DNA of 64,000 bases, from positions 3,808,001 through 3,872,000 of the forward strand of contig OY969695.1 of NCBI GenBank assembly GCA_963701965.1, read 5' to 3'. The notes beneath the pieces are model-generated. The model saw nothing but the letters and a program-made list of their open reading frames with translations, searched no databases and was not told the origin of the DNA. Position 1 is the first letter of the stretch. The number at the start of each line of letters is the position of its first letter. Shown piece by piece: positions 10,208 to 19,106 of the stretch. A program made the position numbers and the translations under genes. Origin of the DNA: an uncultured Gemmatimonadales bacterium (GTDB lineage: Bacteria > Gemmatimonadota > Gemmatimonadetes > Gemmatimonadales > Gemmatimonadaceae).

Positions 10208-11344
10208 ATGCGCGCGACTGTCCTCGGGCTCGTCTTGGTCCTCGTCGGTGCGTTGGCGCTGGAGATCACCTGCCGGATCGACAATGCCATCCGGTTCGGC
10301 ACGCCGCTGCTCTCGCGCGTGGAAACCGAGAGCGATCTCTTGATGCGCAATGCGGCCGGCGAGCACGGTCGGCCCGACGCCCGCTATCAAAAGTGGGTGA
10401 TCAACAACATCGGCATGCGCGGTCCCCATGCCGATTCGGTCAAGGCCCCCGGCATGCTGCGCGTGGTCACGGCCGGAGCCTCGGAGACGTTCGGGTTGTA
10501 CGAATCGCCCGGCCGGGAGTTTCCGCGTCAACTCGAGGACTCGCTCCGGACCCGGTTGGCCGACGGGCACTGCCCCACGGCGGTCCGCGGGGTCGAGGTG
10601 CTCAACGCCGCGATCTTCGGCATGACGCTCCCCACGCTCGAACAGGACCTGCGCCTGCGCGTGCGGGCGTTGCATCCCAATGTCGTCGTCTTGTATCCCA
10701 CGCCGGTGCAGTATCTGAACGAGGATGTGCCGACACCCGCCGAGCCGGACTCCACGCCAATGCCACTGCCCGCGTCCGCCGAACTGTATCCGCGCGCGCT
10801 CGACCGGTTGCGCAAGCAAGCCAAGGAGCTGTTGCCGGGGTGGATTGCCACCAAGATCCGGGAGCGGGATATCGCGCGCGATCTGCGCGATCATCCGAGT
10901 GGCTGGCGCTTCACGGGCGTGCCATCGGACCGGCTGGCCGCCTACGATCGCGATCTCCGACGTGTCGTCGGGACGATCCGGAGCATCGGGGCGGCGCCGG
11001 TGCTGGCCACGCACACCAATGTCTTCGTGGGCGACAGGGCTCCCGACCCCGCCATGCTGGTGACCTGGGAGAACCAGTATCATCGGGCGACCGGCGACGC
11101 TCTGGTCGCCTTCAATGCGGCGGCCGCGCGCGAGACGGCGCTCGCCGCCCGCGATTCGGCCGTGCCCATCGTCGACATCCGCCGCCTGCGGGGCGCCCAC
11201 CTCTTCGCCGACTACGCGCATTTCACCGACGCGGGGGCGGCACGGGTCGCCGCGGCATTGACCCCGGCGGTCTTGGCTGCCGCCGGCTTGCCGGCGGACT
11301 GCGCCGCGCCCACGCTCGACGTGCGCGCCGCCTCGCAGCCATGA
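10208..11344 (+). CDS. Membrane-anchored SGNH/GDSL-like protein (polysaccharide O-acetylation/esterase)
   Basis: N-terminal TM ending in LE, IN..GMRG, GASETFG, VEVLNAA..G, DYAHFT..G. Stop overlaps the next ATG (ATGA). Confidence 0.8.
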   Translation: MRATVLGLVLVLVGALALEITCRIDNAIRFGTPLLSRVETESDLLMRNAAGEHGRPDARYQKWVINNIGMRGPHADSVKAPGMLRVVTAGASETFGLYESPGREFPRQLEDSLRTRLADGHCPTAVRGVEVLNAAIFGMTLPTLEQDLRLRVRALHPNVVVLYPTPVQYLNEDVPTPAEPDSTPMPLPASAELYPRALDRLRKQAKELLPGWIATKIRERDIARDLRDHPSGWRFTGVPSDRLAAYDRDLRRVVGTIRSIGAAPVLATHTNVFVGDRAPDPAMLVTWENQYHRATGDALVAFNAAAARETALAARDSAVPIVDIRRLRGAHLFADYAHFTDAGAARVAAALTPAVLAAAGLPADCAAPTLDVRAASQP

Positions 11345-12369
11345 CCGGGCGTCCGATCACCGTCGTCATCCCGACGTACAATCGCGCGGCCCTGCTGCGG
11401 CGGGCCGTCGTGTCGGCGCTGGCGCAGACGCTGGCGCCGCTCGAGATCCTCGTCATCGACGACGGATCGACGGACGAGACGGCCGCCGTCTGCGCCGAGT
11501 GGGGGCCGCCCGTGCGCGCCATCGCGACGCCGAATGGCGGTGTCGCCCGGGCCCGCAACATCGGCGTCGGCGAGGCGCGGGGCGAGTGGATCGCGTTTCT
11601 GGATTCGGACGACGAGTGGGAGCCACAAAAGCTGGCGGTGCAAAGCGCGGTGCTGGACGCGGTGCCCGATGCCCGTTGGAGTGTCACGGGCTGCGAATTG
11701 ATCGACGGCGATGGCCGCTCGCGTCCGGGACGCCAAGGATACGAGGCGGCTTTCCCCGTCTTCTCCGAACGCCAAGAGAGTGCCGACACCCATTTCGGGC
11801 GGCGGTTGCGGCGCGTGACGGTCGACGGCCACACGGTGTACGCCGGCGATCTCTACGAGACACTGTTTTTCGGGAATGTCGTCCTCCCGTCATCGGCACT
11901 CGTGCATCGGTCGGTGTTCGAGCGCGTGGGCGTGTTCGATCCCGCGTTCCGCTATGCCGAAGAGACCGAATTCTTTCACCGGGTCGCCGCGGCGGCGCCG
12001 GTGGCGATCGTCTTGTCCCGCCTCGTGCGCTACCGCGTCGCGCAGGCCGGGTCGTTGACGTCGTCGGGGAACGCGCAAAAACTGATCGTCAATGCCCTCA
12101 AGAGTCTCGACCAGGCGGCGCGTCTCCGTGATCCGCTGCCGACGACCGCCGTGCGGGCGCTCCGCGAAGGTCGAACGGGGCTGCTCATGCGTCTCGCCTA
12201 CACGCGTCTGTCGGAGCTCGACACCCGCGGCGCCCGCGACGCGGCGATGCAGGCCGTAGCCGCCGGGGGCTGGATGATGCCCCGGGCCTGGGGTATCGTC
12301 GCCTTGGGTCTTCTGCCACCGCCCGTGCTGCGCGGCATGCACGGCCTCAAGAAAATGGCGCGTCGATGA
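11341..12369 (+). CDS. GT2 glycosyltransferase
   Basis: TVVIPTYNRA, VIDDGSTD, NGG..RARN.G, AFLDSDD. Confidence 0.9.
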   Translation: MTGRPITVVIPTYNRAALLRRAVVSALAQTLAPLEILVIDDGSTDETAAVCAEWGPPVRAIATPNGGVARARNIGVGEARGEWIAFLDSDDEWEPQKLAVQSAVLDAVPDARWSVTGCELIDGDGRSRPGRQGYEAAFPVFSERQESADTHFGRRLRRVTVDGHTVYAGDLYETLFFGNVVLPSSALVHRSVFERVGVFDPAFRYAEETEFFHRVAAAAPVAIVLSRLVRYRVAQAGSLTSSGNAQKLIVNALKSLDQAARLRDPLPTTAVRALREGRTGLLMRLAYTRLSELDTRGARDAAMQAVAAGGWMMPRAWGIVALGLLPPPVLRGMHGLKKMARR

Positions 12370-13490
12370 CAAAACCGCTGGTCGTCGCCGAGATGCTCGA
12401 GTCCGACGGGCCGGGCGGCGCCGAGCTCGTGGAGCTCCGGCTCGCCCTGGCCCTGCGGGACCGGGGACACACCATCGTTCCGGTGGGGCCGGCCGCGGGC
12501 TGTGGGTGGCTGGCGGGCCAGTTCCGGGACGCCGGATTTGATCCCCAGACCTTCACGTTGCGCCGTCCGCTGGATTGGCGTTGCCTGAGCGGCATGGTCG
12601 ATCTCCTGCGCCGGCATCGCGTCGACATCGTGCATAGCCACGAGTTCACGATGGCCGTCTACGGCGCGGCGGCCGCGCGCTGGCTCGGCGTGCCGCACGT
12701 CATCACCATGCACGGCAGCCAGTACGTCACGGCGAGATGGCGCCGCCAGGTGCTGCTCCGCTGGGCATTTCGGTCGAGCGCCGCGACGATCGCGGTGTCC
12801 GATGATACCAAGCGGCATCTGGAGGATGAGCTGCGTCTGTCGCGCACGGCGTTGCGCGTCGTGCGGAACGGGGTGCCGCGCCGGGCCGGCGACCGCGCCA
12901 CTGTGCGGCGCGAGCTGGGCGTCCCCGATGATCACCTGCTGTTGCTGGCCCTTGGCAGCCTCGTGCCGCGCAAGGGACACGCGGTGCTGATCGAAGCGCT
13001 GTCGACGATCGGCGCCGGCCCGTGGATGCTCGCCATCGGCGGTGGCGGCGTGGAGCGCGATCGATTGGCGGCGCTGGCCGACGCGCGGGGACTGGGGCAA
13101 CACGTGCGGTTGTTGGGCCATCGTGAAGATGTGCCAGACCTGTTGGCCGCCGCGGACGTGTTCGTGATGCCCTCGCTGTGGGAGGGGTTGCCGCTCGCGC
13201 TGCTCGAGGCGATGCTCGCCGGCAAGCCCGTCGTGGCGTCGCGGACATCGGGGATTCCCGAGGCCGTCCACGACGGGGTCGATGGCCTGCTCACGCCGCC
13301 GGGCAATGTCGCCGCCCTGGCCCGGGCATTGGCGACGGTGCTGGGCGATCCGGAACGGCGGAAGGCGCTTGCCGCCGCCGCCTACAGTCGGGCATCGTCG
13401 GCGTTCACGCTCGACGCGATGGCCGACGGGTACGAAGCCGTGTTCCGCGACTCGCTCCGCGCCTTAGGCGGGGCCAACGGCCGGCCGTAG
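12366..13490 (+). CDS. GT4 glycosyltransferase
   Basis: GGAE, DIVHSH, T.HG, RKGH, DVFVMPSLWEGLPLALLEAM. Confidence 0.9.
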   Translation: MTKPLVVAEMLESDGPGGAELVELRLALALRDRGHTIVPVGPAAGCGWLAGQFRDAGFDPQTFTLRRPLDWRCLSGMVDLLRRHRVDIVHSHEFTMAVYGAAAARWLGVPHVITMHGSQYVTARWRRQVLLRWAFRSSAATIAVSDDTKRHLEDELRLSRTALRVVRNGVPRRAGDRATVRRELGVPDDHLLLLALGSLVPRKGHAVLIEALSTIGAGPWMLAIGGGGVERDRLAALADARGLGQHVRLLGHREDVPDLLAAADVFVMPSLWEGLPLALLEAMLAGKPVVASRTSGIPEAVHDGVDGLLTPPGNVAALARALATVLGDPERRKALAAAAYSRASSAFTLDAMADGYEAVFRDSLRALGGANGRP

Positions 13491-15053
13491 GCGCTCACGC
13501 GCCTTGGCCGCCAGCGTGGTCGGCAGCTGGAGCAGGGCCCGCTTGTCGGTCTCGGTCAAAATCGGCAGGGACCAGAGTAGCGCCGCAAAGATGATGTACT
13601 CGCTGACGCGGGCGGCCAGCGCCAACACCATGGAATGCACCGTGATCAGTTCGCTCGCCACCACGGTGGCCACCGAGAGCGCAATGAGGATGCGCACCGG
13701 TTTCCAGTTGTATTTGACGGGCCACAGCCGCTGGGAAAACGTGTACGTCAACGCCCAGCGCACCGAGTAGGCGAGCGCGGTCGCGATGGCCGCACCCCAG
13801 CCGGCGAACCGCGGGATCAGCGCCAGGTAGGCGACGACCACGACGGCGGCCGCCGTCCAGTTGGCGATCGCAATGTACTTGGTCTGCTCGCTGATGGCGA
13901 TGCCGACGTCTTGCGCCCCGGTCCACGCCTGGAAGATGATCGCGATCAGCAGCACCGGCACGACGTCGGCCGCCCCGTAGAATGGAGGGGTGGCCATGAT
14001 CCGCAGCACGCCGTGGACGAACAACGACATGCCGACCGCCAAGACGAACAACGTGACGTTTTGGTAGACGAACACGCGCGCATAGATCGTATCCCGGTCC
14101 GGTCGCCGGGCCACTTCGTATTTCTTGGGCTCCCACACGAGATCGAACGGCGCTTGGGCCAGGGTCGCCAGCAGGAACGCGAACTGGTAGGCCATCGTGT
14201 AGCGGCCGACCGACGCGAGGTCGGACGCCAGGCGCAGGACCGGACGATCGCCGAACGTGAGCACGAACGTCGCGAACTGCGTCACGATCAGTGGTCCGCC
14301 ATACCGGTAGAGATCGCGGGCCACGACCCGGTCGTACCCAAATCCCACTTCCCGGAACACCATCGCCGACATGATGCTGCCAATGACGAGGTTCACGATC
14401 AACGTGCTCAGGAAGATGGACTTGGGGCCGTAATGAAAATGCACGAGAAAGATCGCGTTCATCGACACCTGCATGGCCAGGCGCACGATGTTGATCGCGA
14501 TCAAGGTCGGAAACCGGCCCTTGAGCCGGAGAAAGACGGGTGGCACGAAGTACGGCGCGACGACGGCCATGTTCACCGCCGCCAACCGGATCAACGGCGT
14601 ATACTTGACGTCCCCGATGACGAGGCGCGCGAACAAGGGCGCCAAGAAAAATGCCGCCACGGCGGCGACCGCATACCCGCCGTAGATCGTGAGCATGGCG
14701 GTGGAGACCACGCGCCGCCGTGTCGTCGCGTCGTCCGTCTTGTAGTAGAACCGGAACACGCCGGCGAGCAGCCGGGACCCGGCGACGATTTGCAGGACAT
14801 CGAGGCTGATCTCAATGAGCTCGATGACGCCATAGTCCGCGGCCGTGAGATACCGCGTGTACAGCGGCAGCATGAAGAACCCGACGCCTTTGCTGACCAG
14901 CGTGACGGCGGCGAACAGCATGGCGTAGCTGCCGAGCGACTGGAGGCGCAGCGGCGGCGCGCCCGGCGGGACTGGCGAGTCACCGGGAAGGAGCGGGTCG
15001 TCTGCGGCGTATGGGGAGACGGAACCGAGGCCGTCTTCCGACTCGTCTGTCAC
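13464..15053 (-). CDS. wzx: Wzx-type polysaccharide flippase
   Basis: LPLYTRYL...DYG, about 12-14 TM segments, DR.VL......VGRY, LIPRF..WGAAIAT. Confidence 0.85.
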   Translation of the reverse strand: MTDESEDGLGSVSPYAADDPLLPGDSPVPPGAPPLRLQSLGSYAMLFAAVTLVSKGVGFFMLPLYTRYLTAADYGVIELIEISLDVLQIVAGSRLLAGVFRFYYKTDDATTRRRVVSTAMLTIYGGYAVAAVAAFFLAPLFARLVIGDVKYTPLIRLAAVNMAVVAPYFVPPVFLRLKGRFPTLIAINIVRLAMQVSMNAIFLVHFHYGPKSIFLSTLIVNLVIGSIMSAMVFREVGFGYDRVVARDLYRYGGPLIVTQFATFVLTFGDRPVLRLASDLASVGRYTMAYQFAFLLATLAQAPFDLVWEPKKYEVARRPDRDTIYARVFVYQNVTLFVLAVGMSLFVHGVLRIMATPPFYGAADVVPVLLIAIIFQAWTGAQDVGIAISEQTKYIAIANWTAAAVVVVAYLALIPRFAGWGAAIATALAYSVRWALTYTFSQRLWPVKYNWKPVRILIALSVATVVASELITVHSMVLALAARVSEYIIFAALLWSLPILTETDKRALLQLPTTLAAKARERLRPAVGPA

Positions 15054-16045
15054 CGACGCGGAGGCTCGGGTGCGCGAGAGAGGAGCGGCACAAACGGCGA
15101 GACCGGCAATGCGGCCAGGTGCTTGAGCGCGTTGAGGCGCGAGCCAGGCATTGCGAAAGCCCGGAGATAGGCCGCGGTGGCCAGGCGCGCGTCGCCGCGC
15201 CAGAAATGATGATGGCCCAGCGAAAGCCAGGCCCGACCGAGCCGACGGCGGATCGCGTCGCGCTGGGCCGCCGAACGCACCTCGCGCGACACGCGGGTCA
15301 AAGCATCAATGTCGGGCCGCAGCTTTTCCTCGGGCGTACGATAGCTGTTCGAGGCGTGGCGCCTGACCTCGACCAGTGGCTCAGCAATGTACGCGGCCCG
15401 CGCCCGGGCATAGATCCGCAGCATGTAACAGTAGTCCTGACTCAACCGCATGTCTTCAGGAAACTCGATCCCTTGCGTGCATTCCGCGCGCATGAGCACG
15501 GTTTGGATCCAGGCGGGAAATTGGTGGGTCGCGACCAAACTCACCAGCGAGTCCCCTTCGATCACGCGCGCCTGTCCGTCCCGGCTCTCGCGCTGCGGGA
15601 GCCGTGCCAATTCGGGGATATGATCGAACTGTGTGCTCTTGTGGGGCCCATTCTCATCGAACCGGACAAAGTTCGTGAAGACGAACCCGATCTCCGGCTC
15701 GGCGCACAGCGTGGCGATCTCGGCCGCCAGCTTGCCGGGTCGCCAGCGGTCGTCGGCATCGAGAAAAGCAATGAACCGGCCGCGCGCCAGCCGCAATCCG
15801 TGGTTTCTGGCGGCCCCGACCCCGACCTTTTTCAAGTACTCGACGCGGAGGCGCGGATCGACGATCGAGGAGAGACGCTCCCGGGTATCGTCGGTCGACG
15901 CGTCGTCCACGACGATCAGCTCCAGATCCGCAATGTCTTGCGACAGGACGCTGGTGACGGCCTCCACGATGTATCGCCCGAAATTATGACTGGCGATGAT
16001 GACGCTGACCAGCATGCTGGCGCCCTCGTGCTCCGGCGGCTGCAT
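15050..16045 (-). CDS. GT2 glycosyltransferase
   Basis: VSVII..HN, VVDDASTD, ARN.G, AFLDADD. Confidence 0.9.
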   Translation of the reverse strand: MQPPEHEGASMLVSVIIASHNFGRYIVEAVTSVLSQDIADLELIVVDDASTDDTRERLSSIVDPRLRVEYLKKVGVGAARNHGLRLARGRFIAFLDADDRWRPGKLAAEIATLCAEPEIGFVFTNFVRFDENGPHKSTQFDHIPELARLPQRESRDGQARVIEGDSLVSLVATHQFPAWIQTVLMRAECTQGIEFPEDMRLSQDYCYMLRIYARARAAYIAEPLVEVRRHASNSYRTPEEKLRPDIDALTRVSREVRSAAQRDAIRRRLGRAWLSLGHHHFWRGDARLATAAYLRAFAMPGSRLNALKHLAALPVSPFVPLLSRAPEPPRR

Positions 16046-17562
16046 TAGGACGCCGCCGCCACGGATCCGTCACGCGGCTCGAGATGCCGCACCACGACCC
16101 CGCGAAACCGGACGGGAGCCCCGACCCGGTAATGCCGCGCCACATATCCGTTGATCACCGCGACGCTCGGCTGAAGCCCCGGCTCGAGCCGGACGGCCTC
16201 GACGAGCCACAGGTTGCCGGCGCCCGCGGCGCCCAGGCGGGTCGACAGGACCGTTGTATCACTGATCGCGTACTCGTTGGGCCCGTAATGCTCCAAGTCC
16301 GCGTCGGTCGGCAAGCCGACCACCGCGGCCCGGCCCGCGAGGTAGTACTCCAGCGGCAGCGCGCGGTCGGGATCGAAGACCACAATGCGATCGCCCGGGG
16401 CCGCGCGCTGCGCCAGATAGTCTGCCACCTGACGCCAATCCTCGGGATACTGGGGATACCGCTCGAAGCTCGCCAGCAGCCCCACGAGCAGCACGGCGAC
16501 CGCGGCCACCGACCCGGCGCGGGCCACGCCGGTTTTCGTCCGCGCCAGCCACAGGGAGACCAGCGTGACGGAAACCGGAATCAGCAGGATGAAGTGTCGG
16601 TGTCGGACCGGCACGATCTTGAGGTACACGAGGAGCAGCAACGATACCAACGGCACGAGCGTCGACAGGGCCAGCACCCATTCGTCCGTGTCCACCGGCG
16701 CACGAGACGCGACCAGGCGGACGACGGGGATCAGCACCAGGACCGCCCAGATGATCACGATCGCGTGCGGCAGGTAGAGCGCTTCCGTGTCCGTGAGAAA
16801 CGCCTTGATCGGAACACCCGCCGTGACGAAGACACGGCGGGGCACGGACGCCGCCACTTCGCTGGCCGGGATCTCGATCGGATGCGTCGCCCGCTGCGAG
16901 AGGATCGTCGGCGTCCAGGGGAGCAACCCCAGTCCGACGAACGCCATGGCGAGCGTGACCGCCCGTGGCCGCTGTCCTGTCGCCAGCGCCGCGATCCACT
17001 GCCCGAGCAGGAGAAAGCCGTTGTAATAGAAGACGAGCACCGAGAGGTAGGCGACGATCGCGTAGATCACCGCCGCGCGTCTCACCTTCTCCGGCGGGCT
17101 CCTGAGGAGCCGGAGAAAGCAATACAACGTGACGCTCGCCAGAAAGAGCGACAAGGCGTAGACCCGCGCTTCGGCCGCGGCCCAGATGAGGCCCGGCGTC
17201 ACGGCGGCCAGCGTGGCCGGCGCCAGCCATCCGCGGAAGCCGAGGAGCCGGCCAATGGCCACCAGGGTCCCCACGGTCCCGAGTGCGCAGGCCAGCGACA
17301 GCAGCCGGGCAAACTCGATGCCGGCGTGCAGTCTCAACCACCCGTTGAGGAGGACGAAGTACACGGGCGGCTGCAGCTCGAAATGCAAGGCTTGGTGAAT
17401 CGTGCCCGCCAGGGGACGCATCGCCGTGTTCAGCGAATACGCTTCGTCCGTCCACATGCTCTTGTGGGCGGAGTTCCAGAGGACAATGGCGGCCATCACC
17501 GCCATCAGGACCGCCGGCAACCAGGGCGCGCGCGCGGCGCGGGGCAAAGACATCGACCTCAT
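16045..17562 (-). CDS. GT-C fold (PMT/ArnT-like) membrane glycosyltransferase
   Basis: S.WTDEAYS, QPPVYF.LL, RL.SL, EAR.YAL, multiple TMs, C-terminal EDWR.V..YL periplasmic domain. Confidence 0.8.
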   Translation of the reverse strand: MRSMSLPRAARAPWLPAVLMAVMAAIVLWNSAHKSMWTDEAYSLNTAMRPLAGTIHQALHFELQPPVYFVLLNGWLRLHAGIEFARLLSLACALGTVGTLVAIGRLLGFRGWLAPATLAAVTPGLIWAAAEARVYALSLFLASVTLYCFLRLLRSPPEKVRRAAVIYAIVAYLSVLVFYYNGFLLLGQWIAALATGQRPRAVTLAMAFVGLGLLPWTPTILSQRATHPIEIPASEVAASVPRRVFVTAGVPIKAFLTDTEALYLPHAIVIIWAVLVLIPVVRLVASRAPVDTDEWVLALSTLVPLVSLLLLVYLKIVPVRHRHFILLIPVSVTLVSLWLARTKTGVARAGSVAAVAVLLVGLLASFERYPQYPEDWRQVADYLAQRAAPGDRIVVFDPDRALPLEYYLAGRAAVVGLPTDADLEHYGPNEYAISDTTVLSTRLGAAGAGNLWLVEAVRLEPGLQPSVAVINGYVARHYRVGAPVRFRGVVVRHLEPRDGSVAAAS

Positions 17563-19106
17563 TGGCGATACTGATACAGGTAACGCGGAAACTCGTGGTC
17601 ATACCGCTTGGGCAGCCCGCGTAGCGCCGCGAAGCGCGTGCCAAAGTCGCAGACGAGCGCGTACCGATCCTTGAGCAACGACACCGGCGCGGTCATCGAG
17701 TCCAGCGGAGTGCTCGTCAGCAGGTACGCCGTCCCCGCCGGATGGAGCGCGGGTTCGAGTAGCGCATAGGCGCGCGCGTGGTCCGCCGGTGTGTGCCCGG
17801 GACCCCGCGCCATGTCCTCGACCGCCACCCAATGCGCGCCCGGGAAGAACAGCGCCGGGCCGCCGAACTCCCCGATGTCGGGCGCGTACACGGGGCCGGA
17901 CAGCTGCCGGACAGTGTCGACGAGATCGGCGAACGCGGCGGGCGCGTGCCGGGAGAGGATCACGGTCTGCGGCGCGTAGGTCAACGGCGTGAACGCCACG
18001 GCGATTGCCAACGCCTGCATCGCGCGCGGCTTGAGCTCGGCCAACCCGAACGTGCCGAGGACGATGACGAACGCACCGAAGAGAATGAAGACGTTATCCG
18101 ACGATCCCCAATCGAGGGAGCCCATGACCGCACTGGCGACGCCGACGAAAAACTGCACGTGCCAGACCGTGAATGGCTCGCGCCCGCGCGCCGCCCGTAC
18201 GAAGGGCACGCCAGCGGCGACCAGCAGGGGAAGATAGTTGTTCGTGGCGAACCGGAAGACCCGGTCGAACGTCTCACCGTTGACGCGCGACCAGCCGCGC
18301 GGGACGTACCAGGTGAAGTAGTGGAAGTCCGCGCCGAATGGCCACTGGGTCGCCAGCAGGTAGGGCAACGGACCGAGCGCGACGGCCACGGCCCAGTACG
18401 GCCAATATCGCGACGGCCGCCGCCATCCTTCGAGCCACGTCAGGTAGGCGACGCCGCCGATCGCGAACAGCGCGCCGTGCTGCTTGAACCAGAACGAGAG
18501 CACGAGCAACACGACGCCGCCCAGGCGACCGGCGCGCGTGGTGGCGCGCTGGATGACGTAGGTGCCGGCCAGCGCCGCGGCCAAGAGCCAGGAGTCGGAG
18601 TGCGCGTTGTCGAGGTACGCGTCCATCACCCGATACGCCGTGGCATAGAGACCGACGCCGATCAGACCCCACCATGCCGAGCCGGTCCGGTCGCGCACCG
18701 CGAGATAGATGATCACGCCGGCGAGAGCCATGCCGGCGATCGCCGCGAGGCGGAGCGCCGGAAGGTCCAGCCCGAACGCCCATGTGAACGGCACGCTCAG
18801 GTAGTAGTAGAGCGGGTTGTAGGCCAGTGGGACGTAGGCGGGCGTGGGCACGGGATACACCGGCAGTCCATGGGCCGCCTGCGCGACGTGCTGGAGGATC
18901 ACCCCTTCCATCAGGTCGAGCTGCCCGGGAAACCCGACGTGGTCATACCACAGGTAGACCACGAACAGGATCATGAGGGCGGCCCACGCGCCCAGCGCGA
19001 CCCGCGCGCGGCGGGACGTATCGTCGCGACGCCGGGCATCGAGCCAGACGGCCCCGGCGACCACGGCCAGGAATGCAATGCGCAGGATGGTCAGGCGGCC
19101 AGTCAC
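17559..19106 (-). CDS. GT-C-like integral membrane protein
   Basis: EG acidic loop after an early TM, Y.PLYY, R, D, FKQ motif, multiple TMs. GTG start overlaps the upstream stop. Confidence 0.7.
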   Translation of the reverse strand: MTGRLTILRIAFLAVVAGAVWLDARRRDDTSRRARVALGAWAALMILFVVYLWYDHVGFPGQLDLMEGVILQHVAQAAHGLPVYPVPTPAYVPLAYNPLYYYLSVPFTWAFGLDLPALRLAAIAGMALAGVIIYLAVRDRTGSAWWGLIGVGLYATAYRVMDAYLDNAHSDSWLLAAALAGTYVIQRATTRAGRLGGVVLLVLSFWFKQHGALFAIGGVAYLTWLEGWRRPSRYWPYWAVAVALGPLPYLLATQWPFGADFHYFTWYVPRGWSRVNGETFDRVFRFATNNYLPLLVAAGVPFVRAARGREPFTVWHVQFFVGVASAVMGSLDWGSSDNVFILFGAFVIVLGTFGLAELKPRAMQALAIAVAFTPLTYAPQTVILSRHAPAAFADLVDTVRQLSGPVYAPDIGEFGGPALFFPGAHWVAVEDMARGPGHTPADHARAYALLEPALHPAGTAYLLTSTPLDSMTAPVSLLKDRYALVCDFGTRFAALRGLPKRYDHEFPRYLYQYRQ

